Shown piece by piece: positions 53,610 through 62,958 of a stretch of DNA of 64,000 nucleotides. This DNA comes from Trueperaceae bacterium (lineage in GTDB: Bacteria; Deinococcota; Deinococci; Deinococcales; Trueperaceae). Numbering within the stretch: the first letter of the stretch is position 1; every line of letters starts with the position of its first letter. The position numbers were made by a program, and so were the translations under genes. The notes beneath the pieces are model-generated. The model did no database searches. It was not told the origin of the DNA and saw nothing but the letters and a program-made list of their open reading frames with translations. Where the stretch lies: the NCBI GenBank assembly GCA_046260675.1, contig JBHEOT010000006.1:11186-75185 (forward strand), written 5' to 3'.

Positions 53610-54376
53610 GGGGGGGCCTCCGATGGGGGGTAGAGGTCGAAGCGGGTCGTGCGCCCGACGAGCACGCCGGTCGGGGGGCGACCCGCCAGCGGCGGGGCGG
53701 TGCGGGGGCGCTTGACGACGACGCGGCGGTGCGCCGCGGCGCGCGCGACGGCGAGCAGATCGTCCTGATCGCGGTCGTCGCCGACGACCAGGCGGGCGAG
53801 GGTCAGATCCTCCCCCTTCCGCGCCGCCTTGCCGCGCTCGGGGTACATCGGGTCGAGCAGCACTACGTCCGCCCGCAGGCCGGTGAGGACGAGGCGCGCG
53901 TCGCCCTCGACCAAGGACATGCGCTCGGCGCCCGGTCGCCCCTCGGCGCACCAGCGCGCGAGCGCGTCGCGCAGCAGCGCGGCGAGGACGGGGTGGCGCT
54001 CGATCATCGTCACGCGCCGGCCGGCGGCGGCCAAGACCCCCGCGTCGACACCCCACCCGGCCGTCGCGTCGATGACGTCGTCGCCCGCACCCACCGCCCG
54101 GATCAGCGGCTCGCGACCCGGCCGACCCCCGGGCGGCGGCGGCGCGGGCCGCACGGCGGCGGCACGCCCGCGAGCCGTGCCACGCAAGCCGAGCCCGGCC
54201 GCGTCGACCCACAGCACGATGGGGCCGCCCGCACCGGCCGTCCACGCCGCGCGCTCCAGCCGCGGAGCACCCAGCGCGGCCGCCAGCTCGTCGGCGCGCG
54301 CTGCGTCGCCATCGGTATCGGCGACGACGGGCGGCGCCGCACCCACGCGCTCCGAGGGGGCCGTCGGTAGGGGCAC
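53606..54376 (-). CDS. rsmJ: 16S rRNA (guanine1516-N2)-methyltransferase RsmJ-like SAM-dependent methyltransferase
   Basis: VIDATAGWGVDAGVLAAAGRRVTMIERHPVLAALLRDAL and DVVLLDPMYPER motifs. GTG 54376 has TACGCT 5 nt upstream. Confidence 0.8.
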   Translation of the reverse strand: MPLPTAPSERVGAAPPVVADTDGDAARADELAAALGAPRLERAAWTAGAGGPIVLWVDAAGLGLRGTARGRAAAVRPAPPPPGGRPGREPLIRAVGAGDDVIDATAGWGVDAGVLAAAGRRVTMIERHPVLAALLRDALARWCAEGRPGAERMSLVEGDARLVLTGLRADVVLLDPMYPERGKAARKGEDLTLARLVVGDDRDQDDLLAVARAAAHRRVVVKRPRTAPPLAGRPPTGVLVGRTTRFDLYPPSEAPP

Positions 54377-54428
54377 GCCGCAGCGTACCGCTCGGACCCG
54401 GTTCGCGGCGGCTTCGTGCCAAACGCGC

Positions 54429-54458
54429 TTGCGTTCCGACGGCGTCAGGCTCCATAAT
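54429..54458 (+). promoter_or_regulatory. sigma70-type promoter upstream of the aminotransferase gene (TTGCGT-18 nt-CATAAT)
   Basis: Hexamers at 54429-54434 and 54453-54458, in a locally AT-rich patch. Confidence 0.5.
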
Positions 54459-54559
54459 CTTGGTATCCGAAGGCCCACGAATCGGCCGGCCGTCGGTCCG
54501 CAAGTATGCCTGCGCTCGGCGGCTTGCCGCCGAGCGTCCCCGATTCGCCTGGAGGTCTC

Positions 54560-55876
54560 ATGAAGAGCGCCGAACTCGCCCGCCGCCGCCGCGCCGCGGT
54601 CGCCCCCGCAGCCTACTCGGTCCACCCCTTCTACCCGGAGCGCGCGGAGGGCTCGTACGTGTGGGACGCGGACGGGAAGCGCTACCTCGACTGGTCGGTC
54701 GGCATCGCCGTCATGAACGTCGGGCACTCGCACCCCAAGGTGCTCGACGCCGTGCACCGCAGCTCGAGCGCCTTCCAGCACCTGTGCTTCGCGGTGGGGA
54801 TGCACGAGTCGTACATCGAGGTGGCCGAGGCGCTCGCGCGCATCGCGCCCGGTCCTTCGCCCAAGAAGACGTTCCTGGTCAACTCCGGGGCCGAGGCCGT
54901 CGAGAACGCGGTCAAGATCGCCCGGGTGGCGACCGGCCGGCAGGGCATCGTCGCCTTCACCCACGCGTTCCACGGCCGCACGCACATGGCCTTGTCGCTG
55001 ACGGGCAAGGCGCAGCCGTACAAGGCCGGCTTCGCGCCGCGCGCCGCCGAGATCTACCGCGCCGCGTACCCGTACGTCTACCGCAACCCGTTCGGCCTCA
55101 CCGACGAGGACGCGGTCGCCGACGCCTACCTGGCGCAGCTCAAGGACCTCGTCAAGACCACCATCGGGGAGGGTGAGGTCGCGGCCTTCCTGCTCGAGCC
55201 GGTGGCCGGCGAAGGCGGGTTCATCCCCGTCCCCGAGCGCTACCTGTGTGGACTCCGGGCCTACGCCGACGAGATCGGCGCGCTCTGGATCGACGACGAG
55301 GTGCAGTCGGGCATCGGGCGCACCGGCCACTGGTGGGCGGTCGATCGCTTCAACCTGGAGCCCGACCTGGTCTGCAGCGCCAAAGCGCTCTCCTCGGGCT
55401 TCCCCTTGTCGGCCGTCGTCGGCAAGGCCGAGGTGATGGACAAGGTCAAGCCGGGCATGCTCGGGAGCACCTTCGGCGGCAACCCCACCGGCTGCGCGGC
55501 CGCTCTGGCGACGATCGAAGTGATCGAGGAGGAGGGCTTGCTCGAGCGTGCGCGCACCATCGGGGTCGTCGCGACGGAGCGCATGCGCGCGCTGCAGCGC
55601 CGCGTGCCGGGCCTCGGCGACGTGCGCGGACCCGGGGCGATGATCGGCCTCGAGTTCGTCCGCGACGACGCCAAGACGCCGGACCCGCAGACGGTCGAAG
55701 CGATCGTCGCGCACGCCCGCGAGGACGGCCTCATCCTGCTCCCGACGGGCACGTACGGCAACGTCATCCGCTTGCTCCCCCCCATCCGCATGAGCGACGC
55801 CGAGCTCGAGGAGGGCCTCGATAAGCTCGAAGCGGCGGTCGTCGCCGCGACCGAAGGGACGCTGGCGGTCGCCTGA
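54560..55876 (+). CDS. gabT: class-III (GABA-type) aminotransferase
   Basis: DWSVGIAVMNVGHSHP, NSGAEAVENAVKIAR, DEVQSGIGRTG and the PLP-lysine context CSAKALSSG. GGAGG SD before ATG 54560; ATG 54506 is rejected as a start. Confidence 0.85.
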   Translation: MKSAELARRRRAAVAPAAYSVHPFYPERAEGSYVWDADGKRYLDWSVGIAVMNVGHSHPKVLDAVHRSSSAFQHLCFAVGMHESYIEVAEALARIAPGPSPKKTFLVNSGAEAVENAVKIARVATGRQGIVAFTHAFHGRTHMALSLTGKAQPYKAGFAPRAAEIYRAAYPYVYRNPFGLTDEDAVADAYLAQLKDLVKTTIGEGEVAAFLLEPVAGEGGFIPVPERYLCGLRAYADEIGALWIDDEVQSGIGRTGHWWAVDRFNLEPDLVCSAKALSSGFPLSAVVGKAEVMDKVKPGMLGSTFGGNPTGCAAALATIEVIEEEGLLERARTIGVVATERMRALQRRVPGLGDVRGPGAMIGLEFVRDDAKTPDPQTVEAIVAHAREDGLILLPTGTYGNVIRLLPPIRMSDAELEEGLDKLEAAVVAATEGTLAVA

Positions 55877-55899
55877 CGCCGCTCGAACCCGCATGAGAC

Positions 55900-55933
55900 C
55901 GCCGGCCACCCCGATCGTCCAGGGTGGCCGGCG
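55900..55933. terminator. 12-bp hairpin between convergent genes
   Basis: CGCCGGCCACCC-cgatcgtcca-GGGTGGCCGGCG. Confidence 0.55.
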
Positions 55934-55962
55934 TCCGCTCGAGGCGCTTCGGTGCGGACCGC

Positions 55963-56820
55963 TCAGGCCCCTTGCTCGATCGGCGCGCCCACCAGGTTGC
56001 CCCACTCGGTCCACGAACCGTCGTAGTTGCGCACCTTCTCGAACCCGAGCAGGTACGTGAGCACGAACCACGTGTGGCTCGACCGCTCCGCGATGCGGCA
56101 ATACGTGACCACGTCGCGGTCGGGGGTCACGCCGGCGTCGGCGTACAGATCGCGCAGCACGTCCGGCGGCTGGAAGGTGCCGTCCTCGCGCACCGCCCGT
56201 GCCCACGGGACGTTGACCGCTCCGGGCACGTGGCCGCCCCGGAGCGCACCCTCCTGCGGGTACTCCGGCATGTGCAGCTTCTCGCCCGAGTACTCCTCCG
56301 GGCTGCGCACGTCGACCATCGCGCCGCCGCCGTCCCGGACCAGCAAGATGTGCTGCAGGACGTCGGCAGCGTAGGCGCGGATCGACGCGTCGCGATACGG
56401 GACCCGGTACCGGCTGCGCACGACCTCCGGCAGGTCGCGCACCAACGGGCGCCCTTCGGCCACCCACTTCTGACGGCCACCGTCCATGAGCCGCACGTCC
56501 GCGTGGCCGTTGTACTTGAAGAACCAGAAGGCGTAGGCCGCCCACCAGTTCGACTTGTCGCCGTAGAGCACCACCGTCGCGTCGTTCGCGATCCCCTTGC
56601 CCTCCATGAGTCGGGCGAAGCCTTGCGCGTCGACGAAGTCGCGCACGTCGGGGCGCTGCAGCTCGGTGTGCCAATCGAGCTTCACGGCCCCCTCGACGTG
56701 GCCCTGGGCGTAGAGCAGCACGTCCTCGTCGACCTCGACCAGGCGGACCCCGGGGTCGCGACCGTGCGCGGACACCCACGCGGTGTCGACGAGCGTTTCG
56801 GGATGAGCGTACGTATCCAT
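55963..56820 (-). CDS. sseA: thiosulfate/3-mercaptopyruvate sulfurtransferase (tandem rhodanese)
   Basis: Two rhodanese modules, active-site loop YCRIAERSS and the GSWTEW motif. GGAGGAGGAGG SD. Confidence 0.88.
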   Translation of the reverse strand: MDTYAHPETLVDTAWVSAHGRDPGVRLVEVDEDVLLYAQGHVEGAVKLDWHTELQRPDVRDFVDAQGFARLMEGKGIANDATVVLYGDKSNWWAAYAFWFFKYNGHADVRLMDGGRQKWVAEGRPLVRDLPEVVRSRYRVPYRDASIRAYAADVLQHILLVRDGGGAMVDVRSPEEYSGEKLHMPEYPQEGALRGGHVPGAVNVPWARAVREDGTFQPPDVLRDLYADAGVTPDRDVVTYCRIAERSSHTWFVLTYLLGFEKVRNYDGSWTEWGNLVGAPIEQGA

Positions 56821-56908
56821 GGCGCCTCCTCCTCCGTCGTCCGGAGCGATCACCCGCAGCGTAAAGGACGGCGGCGAACGGCCCAGGAGCCGGTGCTACG
56901 CTGCGCGC

Positions 56909-57589
56909 GTGCAATCGGTCCTGTTCGCCCCCTCCTTGCTCGCTGCCGACCTCGGCCGCCTGGCGGAGGCGGTCGCCGCTTCCGACGCGGCCGGGGCCGA
57001 CGCGCACCACGTCGACGTGATGGACGGTCATTTCGTGCCCAACGTCAGTTTCGGGCCCGGAACGGTGGCCGCGCTGCGCGCGGCGACCGAGGCCAAGCTC
57101 GACGTGCATCTGATGATCGAAACGCCGGAGCGCTGGATCGACGCCTACGCCGACGCCGGCGCCGACGGCTTGACCGTGCACGTCGAGGCGACCCCGCACC
57201 TCCACCGCGCCGTGCGGCAGGTCCGCGAACGCGGGCTCACGGTCGGCGTGGCGCTCAACCCGGGCACCCCGCTCGCGGCGCTCGAGCCGCTGCTGGACGA
57301 GGTCGACCTCGTGCTCCTGATGTCGGTCGACCCGGGCTTCGGTGGCCAGCGCTACCTGCCCGCGGTCGAGGGCCGGCTGCGGACCGTGCGCGGCTGGCTC
57401 GACGCTCGCGGCTCGCATGCGCGGCTCCAGGTGGACGGTGGCATCGACGCGTCGTCCGCGCCCGCCGCCGTGGCGGCGGGCGCGGACTACCTGGTCGCCG
57501 GCAGCGCCGTGTTCGGCGCGACCGACGGTCCGGCCGCCGCGCTCGAGCGCTTGCGTCAGGCCGTCGCTTCGAGCATCCGCCCCATGTGA
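56909..57589 (+). CDS. rpe: ribulose-phosphate 3-epimerase
   Basis: [27 protein letters not shown] and QVDGGI motifs. GTG start with TGcTACGCT 6 nt upstream. Confidence 0.92.
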   Translation: MQSVLFAPSLLAADLGRLAEAVAASDAAGADAHHVDVMDGHFVPNVSFGPGTVAALRAATEAKLDVHLMIETPERWIDAYADAGADGLTVHVEATPHLHRAVRQVRERGLTVGVALNPGTPLAALEPLLDEVDLVLLMSVDPGFGGQRYLPAVEGRLRTVRGWLDARGSHARLQVDGGIDASSAPAAVAAGADYLVAGSAVFGATDGPAAALERLRQAVASSIRPM

Positions 57590-58512
57590 CGGAAGCGCTC
57601 GCGCCGCTGGGCGACGAGCTCCGCCGGCGAGCGGCCGCGAAGCGAGGCGAACGCCGACCGCACCGCGGCGGCGGTGGCGGCCACCGTCGCCGCGGGGTCC
57701 TGATGGGCCCCACCGAGCGGTTCCGCCACGATCTCGTCGACGACGCCCTGTTCGAGCAGGTCGGTCGCCGTCAAGCGCAGCGCCTCGGCCGCCTTCGGCG
57801 CTTCGGCGGCGTCGCGCCACCGGATCGCGGCGCATGACTCCGGGCTGATGACGCTGTACACGGCGTGCTCCAAGATGAGGACGCGGTTCGCGACGCCGAC
57901 CGCCAAGGCACCGCCGGAACCCCCCTCGCCGACGACGACCGCGACCGCGGGCACGCGCAACCGGCTCATGCGCCGGATGCTCTCGGCGATCACCCAGGCT
58001 TGCCCCTGCTCCTCGGCCGCGATCCCGGGGTACGCGCCGGGCGTGTCGATCAGCGCGAGCACCGGCAGCCGGAACTTGTCGGCCAGCTCCATGAGCCGCA
58101 TCGCCTTGCGGTACCCGCTGGGGTGCGGCATGCCGAAGTTGCGGTGGATGTTCTCCTTGGTGTCGCGCCCCTTCTGCTGCGCCAGCACGACGACGCCGGT
58201 CCCGTCGAGCGTGGCGAGGCCCCCGACGAGCGCCGGGTCGTCGCCGAGGGTGCGGTCGCCGTGCAGTTCGACGAACCCTTCCACGATCCCGGCGACGTGG
58301 TCGAGCGCGGTCGGCCGGCCGGGCGCGCGGGCGACCTGCACCCGCTGCCAGCGGGTCAGGTGGGCGAAGGTGTCGCGCTTGAGCCGCTCGAGGCGCGCCT
58401 CGAGCAGCGCGACCTCTTCGGCCAGGTCGACGGACTGCTCGGCGCCGTACGCACGCATCTCTTCGACCTTGATCTGCAGGTCCTCGATCGGCTTCTCGAA
58501 CGCGAGCGCCAC
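57556..58512 (-). CDS. accA: acetyl-CoA carboxylase carboxyltransferase alpha subunit
   Basis: [29 protein letters not shown] and [10 protein letters not shown] motifs. Start is GTG 58512 (TTG 58518 alternative). Confidence 0.93.
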   Translation of the reverse strand: MALAFEKPIEDLQIKVEEMRAYGAEQSVDLAEEVALLEARLERLKRDTFAHLTRWQRVQVARAPGRPTALDHVAGIVEGFVELHGDRTLGDDPALVGGLATLDGTGVVVLAQQKGRDTKENIHRNFGMPHPSGYRKAMRLMELADKFRLPVLALIDTPGAYPGIAAEEQGQAWVIAESIRRMSRLRVPAVAVVVGEGGSGGALAVGVANRVLILEHAVYSVISPESCAAIRWRDAAEAPKAAEALRLTATDLLEQGVVDEIVAEPLGGAHQDPAATVAATAAAVRSAFASLRGRSPAELVAQRRERFRHMGRMLEATA

Positions 58513-58514
58513 GC

Positions 58515-59381
58515 TCAATCCTCCCCGCCATGGGGCAAACCCGAGCGCAAGAGGCGCACGTACGTCGCCAGGCGCGCTTTGAGCTCGCCACGCGGCACCA
58601 CGTCGTCGACCATGCCCTTGCGGAGCAGGAACTCGGCGCGCTGGAAGCCGGCGGGCAGGTCCTGCTTGATCGTCTGCTGGATCACCCGCGGTCCGGCGAA
58701 GCAGATGAGCGCCCCGGGCTCGGCCACGATCACGTCGCCGAGCGTCGCGAAGGACGCGGTGACGCCGCCGGTGGTGGGGTCGCTGAGCACCGAGACGTAC
58801 GGCAAGCCCTTCTCGGCGAGCGCTTCCAGGGCGACGGTGGTCTTCGCCATCTGCATGAGCGACAGCGCCCCCTCTTGCATGCGGGCGCCCCCCGACGCGG
58901 CGATGAGCACGAAGGAGCGGTCCTCGACGGCGGCGCGCTCGGCGGCGCGCGCGATCTCCTCGCCGACCACCGACCCCATCGAACCGCCCAGGAAGCGAAA
59001 ATCCATCACCGCCAACGCGACCGGTTCGCCGTCGAGCGTCGCGGCGCCCGTGACGATGGCGTCGGGACGACCGACCTTCTTCTGGACGGCGGCGAGGCGC
59101 TCCGCGTACGACTCGACGTCGACGAACTCGAGCGCGTCGACCGGCGCGATCGCCCCCGACCACTCGACGAAGCTGCCCTCGTCGGCGAGCATCGAGACGC
59201 GCGCGTCGATCGGCATGCGCTCGTGGTGGCCGCACTCCTTGCACACGTACAGGTGCGCCAAGAGGTCCTTGCGGTACAGCTGAGCCTGGCACGACGGGCA
59301 CTTGAGCCACAGACCGGCCGGGCTCGGATCGTCTTCGCCGCGCGTCGGTCGTTGGCGTCGGAACCAGCGCTCCAGGGCCAT
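58515..59381 (-). CDS. accD: acetyl-CoA carboxylase carboxyltransferase beta subunit
   Basis: Zn ribbon CPSCQ...CKECGHH and [23 protein letters not shown]. Confidence 0.94.
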   Translation of the reverse strand: MALERWFRRQRPTRGEDDPSPAGLWLKCPSCQAQLYRKDLLAHLYVCKECGHHERMPIDARVSMLADEGSFVEWSGAIAPVDALEFVDVESYAERLAAVQKKVGRPDAIVTGAATLDGEPVALAVMDFRFLGGSMGSVVGEEIARAAERAAVEDRSFVLIAASGGARMQEGALSLMQMAKTTVALEALAEKGLPYVSVLSDPTTGGVTASFATLGDVIVAEPGALICFAGPRVIQQTIKQDLPAGFQRAEFLLRKGMVDDVVPRGELKARLATYVRLLRSGLPHGGED

Positions 59382-59572
59382 CGCTCCTCCTCGTCGAGGG
59401 ACGCTTGGGATGGTGTTCGCCGCGATGCCGCGCCCGCACCCCGCGCACCCGCGCCCGGCATGCTAACCCAGCACCCCGCAGCGCGGGCACGCCCGAACCG
59501 GTTGCACCCGTTCGTGCGCGACCTTGGGCAGCTCGCTCCGGACGGGCGGCGCCGACGGCGTATCATGCGGCC

Positions 59573-60517
59573 ATGGAGCGCGCGAAGGTGGTGCTGGTCA
59601 CCCATGTCGGCCAGGGGTTCGGGCGCGCGGTGGCCCTCGGGTACGGGCAAGCCGGGTACGACGTCGTGTGCGCCGATCGCGACGTGGACCTCGCAGCGCG
59701 CACGGCCGCGGAGGTCGAGGGCTTGGGTGGGCAGGCGATCCCGCTGCAGGTGAACCCGACCTCGGCGCTGGACGTGGCGGCGGCGTTCGGTAAGGTCGAG
59801 GAGATCTTCGGCACGCTCGGGGGTGTCGTGCACGTCGTCGCCAGCGACAGCGTCACGCCGTTCGAGCGGCTCGCCGAAGCGGAGTTCGCCGAGCTGCTCG
59901 AGGACGTCGTGAAGAGCAGCGTGCTCGTGCTTCACGCCACGCAACGCGCGGCGCCCGACGGCTGGGTCGTGCTCGTCGGACCGCCGCCACGGCCTGGACG
60001 ACCGCACCTCGCAGCGGTGGGCGGCGCGCTCGCGCGCCTCGCCGCCGCCTTCCCGGCGCCGACCCTCGCCGATCCCGAAGCGGACGGCGCCGACGAGGAA
60101 CCGCCGACGACCGGTCTGCGGATCAACGTGGTCGTGCCCTCGCGTCCGGCCGCGGACCCGCGGCACGACCTGCCGCTGGTGCACGCCGTGCGGCTGCTCG
60201 GGGGCCACGCGGCGCAGGGCGTGCACGGTAGCGAGGTGATGGTTCGGCTGCCGCCGCCTCCCACCGTGGTCGAGGCGCTGCTGCCGGAGGTGCGCGCGGC
60301 GCTCGACGACCGCGTGCGGCAGGAGGACGATGCGTTCGAGGGCGACGACGTGGACGACGAAGCGCCCGGCGACGAACCCGACCCCATCACCGACGACCTG
60401 CTCGACGACGACGCGCTCACCGCGTCGCGTGCGGCCATGCGGCGCTGGGCGCGCGACGCCGCCGACGAGCCGTACGGTGCCGACGACCGCGGGCCGACCA
60501 GCCGAGGCGAAGCGTGA
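59573..60517 (+). CDS. SDR-fold protein lacking the catalytic Tyr/Lys, with an acidic C-terminal tail
   Basis: [16 protein letters not shown] Rossmann motif. The YxxxK position reads [10 protein letters not shown]. The last 70 aa or so are D/E-rich. TATCAT lies 6 nt upstream of the ATG, and the stop overlaps the nrdR GTG. Confidence 0.7.
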   Translation: MERAKVVLVTHVGQGFGRAVALGYGQAGYDVVCADRDVDLAARTAAEVEGLGGQAIPLQVNPTSALDVAAAFGKVEEIFGTLGGVVHVVASDSVTPFERLAEAEFAELLEDVVKSSVLVLHATQRAAPDGWVVLVGPPPRPGRPHLAAVGGALARLAAAFPAPTLADPEADGADEEPPTTGLRINVVVPSRPAADPRHDLPLVHAVRLLGGHAAQGVHGSEVMVRLPPPPTVVEALLPEVRAALDDRVRQEDDAFEGDDVDDEAPGDEPDPITDDLLDDDALTASRAAMRRWARDAADEPYGADDRGPTSRGEA

Positions 60518-60969
60518 AGTGCCCCTACTGCTCCACGTCGGACACGCGGGTGGTGAACTCGCGACCGTCGGACGAGGGGGCGTCGATCCGGCGCCGGCGC
60601 GAGTGCGCTTCGTGCCATCGGCGCTTCACCACGTACGAACGGGCGCAGTTCGAGGCGCTCATGGTGCGCAAGCGCTCGGGGCGCACCGAGGCGTTCAACC
60701 CGGACAAGCTGCTCGACAAGCTCCGCATCGCCTGCAACAAGCGGCCGATCACCGAGAAGCAGCTGAGGGAGTTCGCGTACGGCTTCGAGGACGAGGTCCA
60801 GGTCCCCGAGGTCGCGAGCGAGGAGATCGGACGCCGCACCCTCAAGTTCCTGCGCTCGCTCGACGACGTCGCTTACATCCGCTTCCTCTCGGTCTACCGC
60901 GACTTCGATTCGGTGGACCGGTTCGTCGAGGAGATCCGGCAGTTGGGCGACGACGAGCGTCCGAGCTGA
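60514..60969 (+). CDS. nrdR: transcriptional repressor NrdR
   Basis: Zn ribbon MKCPYCS...[12 protein letters not shown] followed by an ATP-cone. Confidence 0.94.
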   Translation: MKCPYCSTSDTRVVNSRPSDEGASIRRRRECASCHRRFTTYERAQFEALMVRKRSGRTEAFNPDKLLDKLRIACNKRPITEKQLREFAYGFEDEVQVPEVASEEIGRRTLKFLRSLDDVAYIRFLSVYRDFDSVDRFVEEIRQLGDDERPS

Positions 60970-60982
60970 AGCCACCGTCCGC

Positions 60983-61011
60983 TTGTCGCACCAGCGCGGC
61001 CGTGCTATTCT
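60983..61011 (+). promoter_or_regulatory. sigma70-type promoter for rplM-rpsI (TTGTCG-17 nt-TGcTATTCT)
   Basis: -35 at 60983-60988; extended -10 with TATTCT at 61006-61011. Confidence 0.55.
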
Positions 61012-61115
61012 CACGTTTGGTCTCGCGCGCGTCGGCCCTGGCGACTCTCCCCGCCACCCCCGATCACCCGGCCGCGCACCGCTCCCTCTCACGGAGCGGA
61101 CCCGAGAGGTTACGC

Positions 61116-61541
61116 ATGAGCACGTTCTTCCCCAAGGAGTTCACGCCCGGCTGGGTGATCGTCGACGCGTCCGGACAGACCGTCGGTCGGCTCGCCACCC
61201 AGATCGCGAGCGTGCTCAAAGGCAAGCACAAACCCGAGTACACGCCCAACCAGCCGATGGGCGACTTCGTCGTCGTCGTCAACGCGGAGAAGGTCGTCTT
61301 CACCGGTCACAAGCTCGACCAGAAGATCTACACCCGCTACACCGGCTACCAGGGCGGACTCAAGATGACCACCGCGCGCGAGATGCTCGAGAAGGCGCCC
61401 GAGCGCGTCCTCGAGAAGGCGGTCTGGGGCATGCTCCCCAAGAACCGCCTCGGCCGCAAGCTGATCCGCCGCCTCAAGGTCTACGCCGGTGAAGCGCACC
61501 CGCACGCCGCGCAGCAGCCCGCCCCCATGGAGATCCGCTGA
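61116..61541 (+). CDS. rplM: 50S ribosomal protein L13
   Basis: [25 protein letters not shown] and MLPKNRLGR motifs. GAGAGG SD. Confidence 0.95.
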   Translation: MSTFFPKEFTPGWVIVDASGQTVGRLATQIASVLKGKHKPEYTPNQPMGDFVVVVNAEKVVFTGHKLDQKIYTRYTGYQGGLKMTTAREMLEKAPERVLEKAVWGMLPKNRLGRKLIRRLKVYAGEAHPHAAQQPAPMEIR

Positions 61542-61927
61542 TGGAACAGTTCTACGGTACCGGTCGCCGCAAGGCGGCCGTCGCGCGCGTCTTCCTCCGC
61601 CCCGGGCAGGGCCGCATCACGGTCAACGGCAAGGAGTTCCAGGAGTACTTCCGCGGGATCCTCGTCGGCGTCCAGGCGCTGGAGCCGCTCAAGGCCACGA
61701 ACACGGCCGGCCGCTACGATTGCCTGATCACGGTGGCCGGCGGTGGACCCAGCGGTCAGGCCGACGCGATCCGCCTCGGCGTCGCGCGCGCGCTGCTCAA
61801 GATCGACCCCGCCTTCCGCCCCGCGCTCAAGTCCGGCGGGTACCTCAGCCGCGACCCGCGCGTCGTGGAACGCAAGAAGTACGGCCTGCGCAAGGCGCGT
61901 CGCGCGCCGCAGTTCAGCAAGCGCTGA
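61541..61927 (+). CDS. rpsI: 30S ribosomal protein S9
   Basis: [26 protein letters not shown] and [18 protein letters not shown] motifs. ATGA overlap with rplM. Confidence 0.96.
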   Translation: MEQFYGTGRRKAAVARVFLRPGQGRITVNGKEFQEYFRGILVGVQALEPLKATNTAGRYDCLITVAGGGPSGQADAIRLGVARALLKIDPAFRPALKSGGYLSRDPRVVERKKYGLRKARRAPQFSKR

Positions 61928-61998
61928 CCTCGGCCCCGACCTCGGCTTGCGCCGAACGACCGCGGCCTTCGGGCCGCCGAGCGACTCGACCCACCCCG

Positions 61999-62030
61999 CG
62001 CGGCCCGGCGACCTCTCGTCCCGGGCCGCG
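61999..62030 (+). terminator. 10-bp hairpin downstream of rpsI
   Basis: CGCGGCCCGG-cgacctctcgtc-CCGGGCCGCG. No U-tract. Confidence 0.35.
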
Positions 62031-62077
62031 TGCTCGTGCTCGAGCGAACGAATGCCGAACCGCTCCAGGAGCGAACG

Positions 62078-62878
62078 ATGGACCTCTACCAAGCCGTCAT
62101 CCTCGGCATCGTCCAGGGCCTCACCGAGTTCTTGCCGGTGTCGAGCTCGGGCCACCTGGTGCTCGCGAACTACTGGCTGGGATGGGGCTCCGACCTGCCG
62201 CTCTACGTCGCGTTCGCGACCAACACGGGCACGCTGCTCGCGGTGCTCGTGTACCTGTGGCGCGACGTCGCGAGCGCCTTGGGAGGGTTCGTGCACGGTC
62301 TCGTGTCGGCCGAGGCGCGGCGCGGCGACGGCTGGCGGTTGGCGCTGTTGGTGCTCGCGGGCAGCGTACCGACCGCCGCGATCGGGCTGGCGATCCGGCC
62401 GGTGTTCGAGGACCTCAACTCGGTCGTTCCGGTGACGATCGCCCTGGCGGTCACCGGCGTCGTCCTGTGGCTGGTGCCGCGCAGCGGCCCCAAGGCGACC
62501 GTCCGCGACCTCACCTTCGCCGACGCGCTGATCGCGGGCGTGGCGCAGGGGCTCGCGGTCGTGCCCGGCATCTCGCGCTCGGGTGCGACGATCGCCACCC
62601 TGCTCGCCCGCGGCGCGTCGTCCGACCTCGCCCCCCGGCTCTCGTTCCTGCTCTATCTCGTCGTATCGGCCGGGGTGGCGCTCCTGGGCATCGGCGAGGT
62701 GCTCGAGGCCGACCTCGCCTGGGGCGCCCTCGTCGGCATGACGCTGGCCTCGTTCGCGGTCGGGTACGCCTCGCTCGTGGTCCTGTTCGCCGTCCTCCGG
62801 CGCGGCCGCTTCCGCGTCTTCGCACCGTACCTGTGGGCCGTCGCGGCCCTGACCCTGGGGCGCGTCGTGCTCGCCTGA
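62078..62878 (+). CDS. uppP: undecaprenyl-diphosphate phosphatase
   Basis: [19 protein letters not shown] and [10 protein letters not shown] motifs. AGGAG SD. Confidence 0.93.
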   Translation: MDLYQAVILGIVQGLTEFLPVSSSGHLVLANYWLGWGSDLPLYVAFATNTGTLLAVLVYLWRDVASALGGFVHGLVSAEARRGDGWRLALLVLAGSVPTAAIGLAIRPVFEDLNSVVPVTIALAVTGVVLWLVPRSGPKATVRDLTFADALIAGVAQGLAVVPGISRSGATIATLLARGASSDLAPRLSFLLYLVVSAGVALLGIGEVLEADLAWGALVGMTLASFAVGYASLVVLFAVLRRGRFRVFAPYLWAVAALTLGRVVLA

Positions 62879-62958
62879 ACCGCGCCCCACCCCGTCTTGG
62901 CCCGCGTCGTCGCCCCGTCGAACGCCGCGGTACCATGCCCCATCAAGGAGGCGCCTGC

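Noticed and set aside
54506-54559. Upstream in-frame ATG 54506 as the aminotransferase start.
   Set aside because: It has no SD and would translate through the leader hairpin. ATG 54560 has GGAGG at ideal spacing and gives a typical class-III aminotransferase N-terminus.
53606-58591. 1661-aa ORF on the minus strand, the longest in the track.
   Set aside because: An artefact of stop-codon scarcity in GC-rich DNA. It runs antisense or out of frame through well-supported genes (gabT, sseA, rpe, accA) and is Arg/Gly/Pro-rich low complexity. Only its last 771 nt (rsmJ, 53606-54376) show real motifs.
61017-61115. In-frame TTG 61017, 5 nt after the rplM -10 box, which would give a 33-aa N-terminal extension of L13.
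   Set aside because: The L13 homology begins at MSTFFPKE (ATG 61116), which has its own GAGAGG SD. The extension has no counterpart in L13 proteins as I know them.
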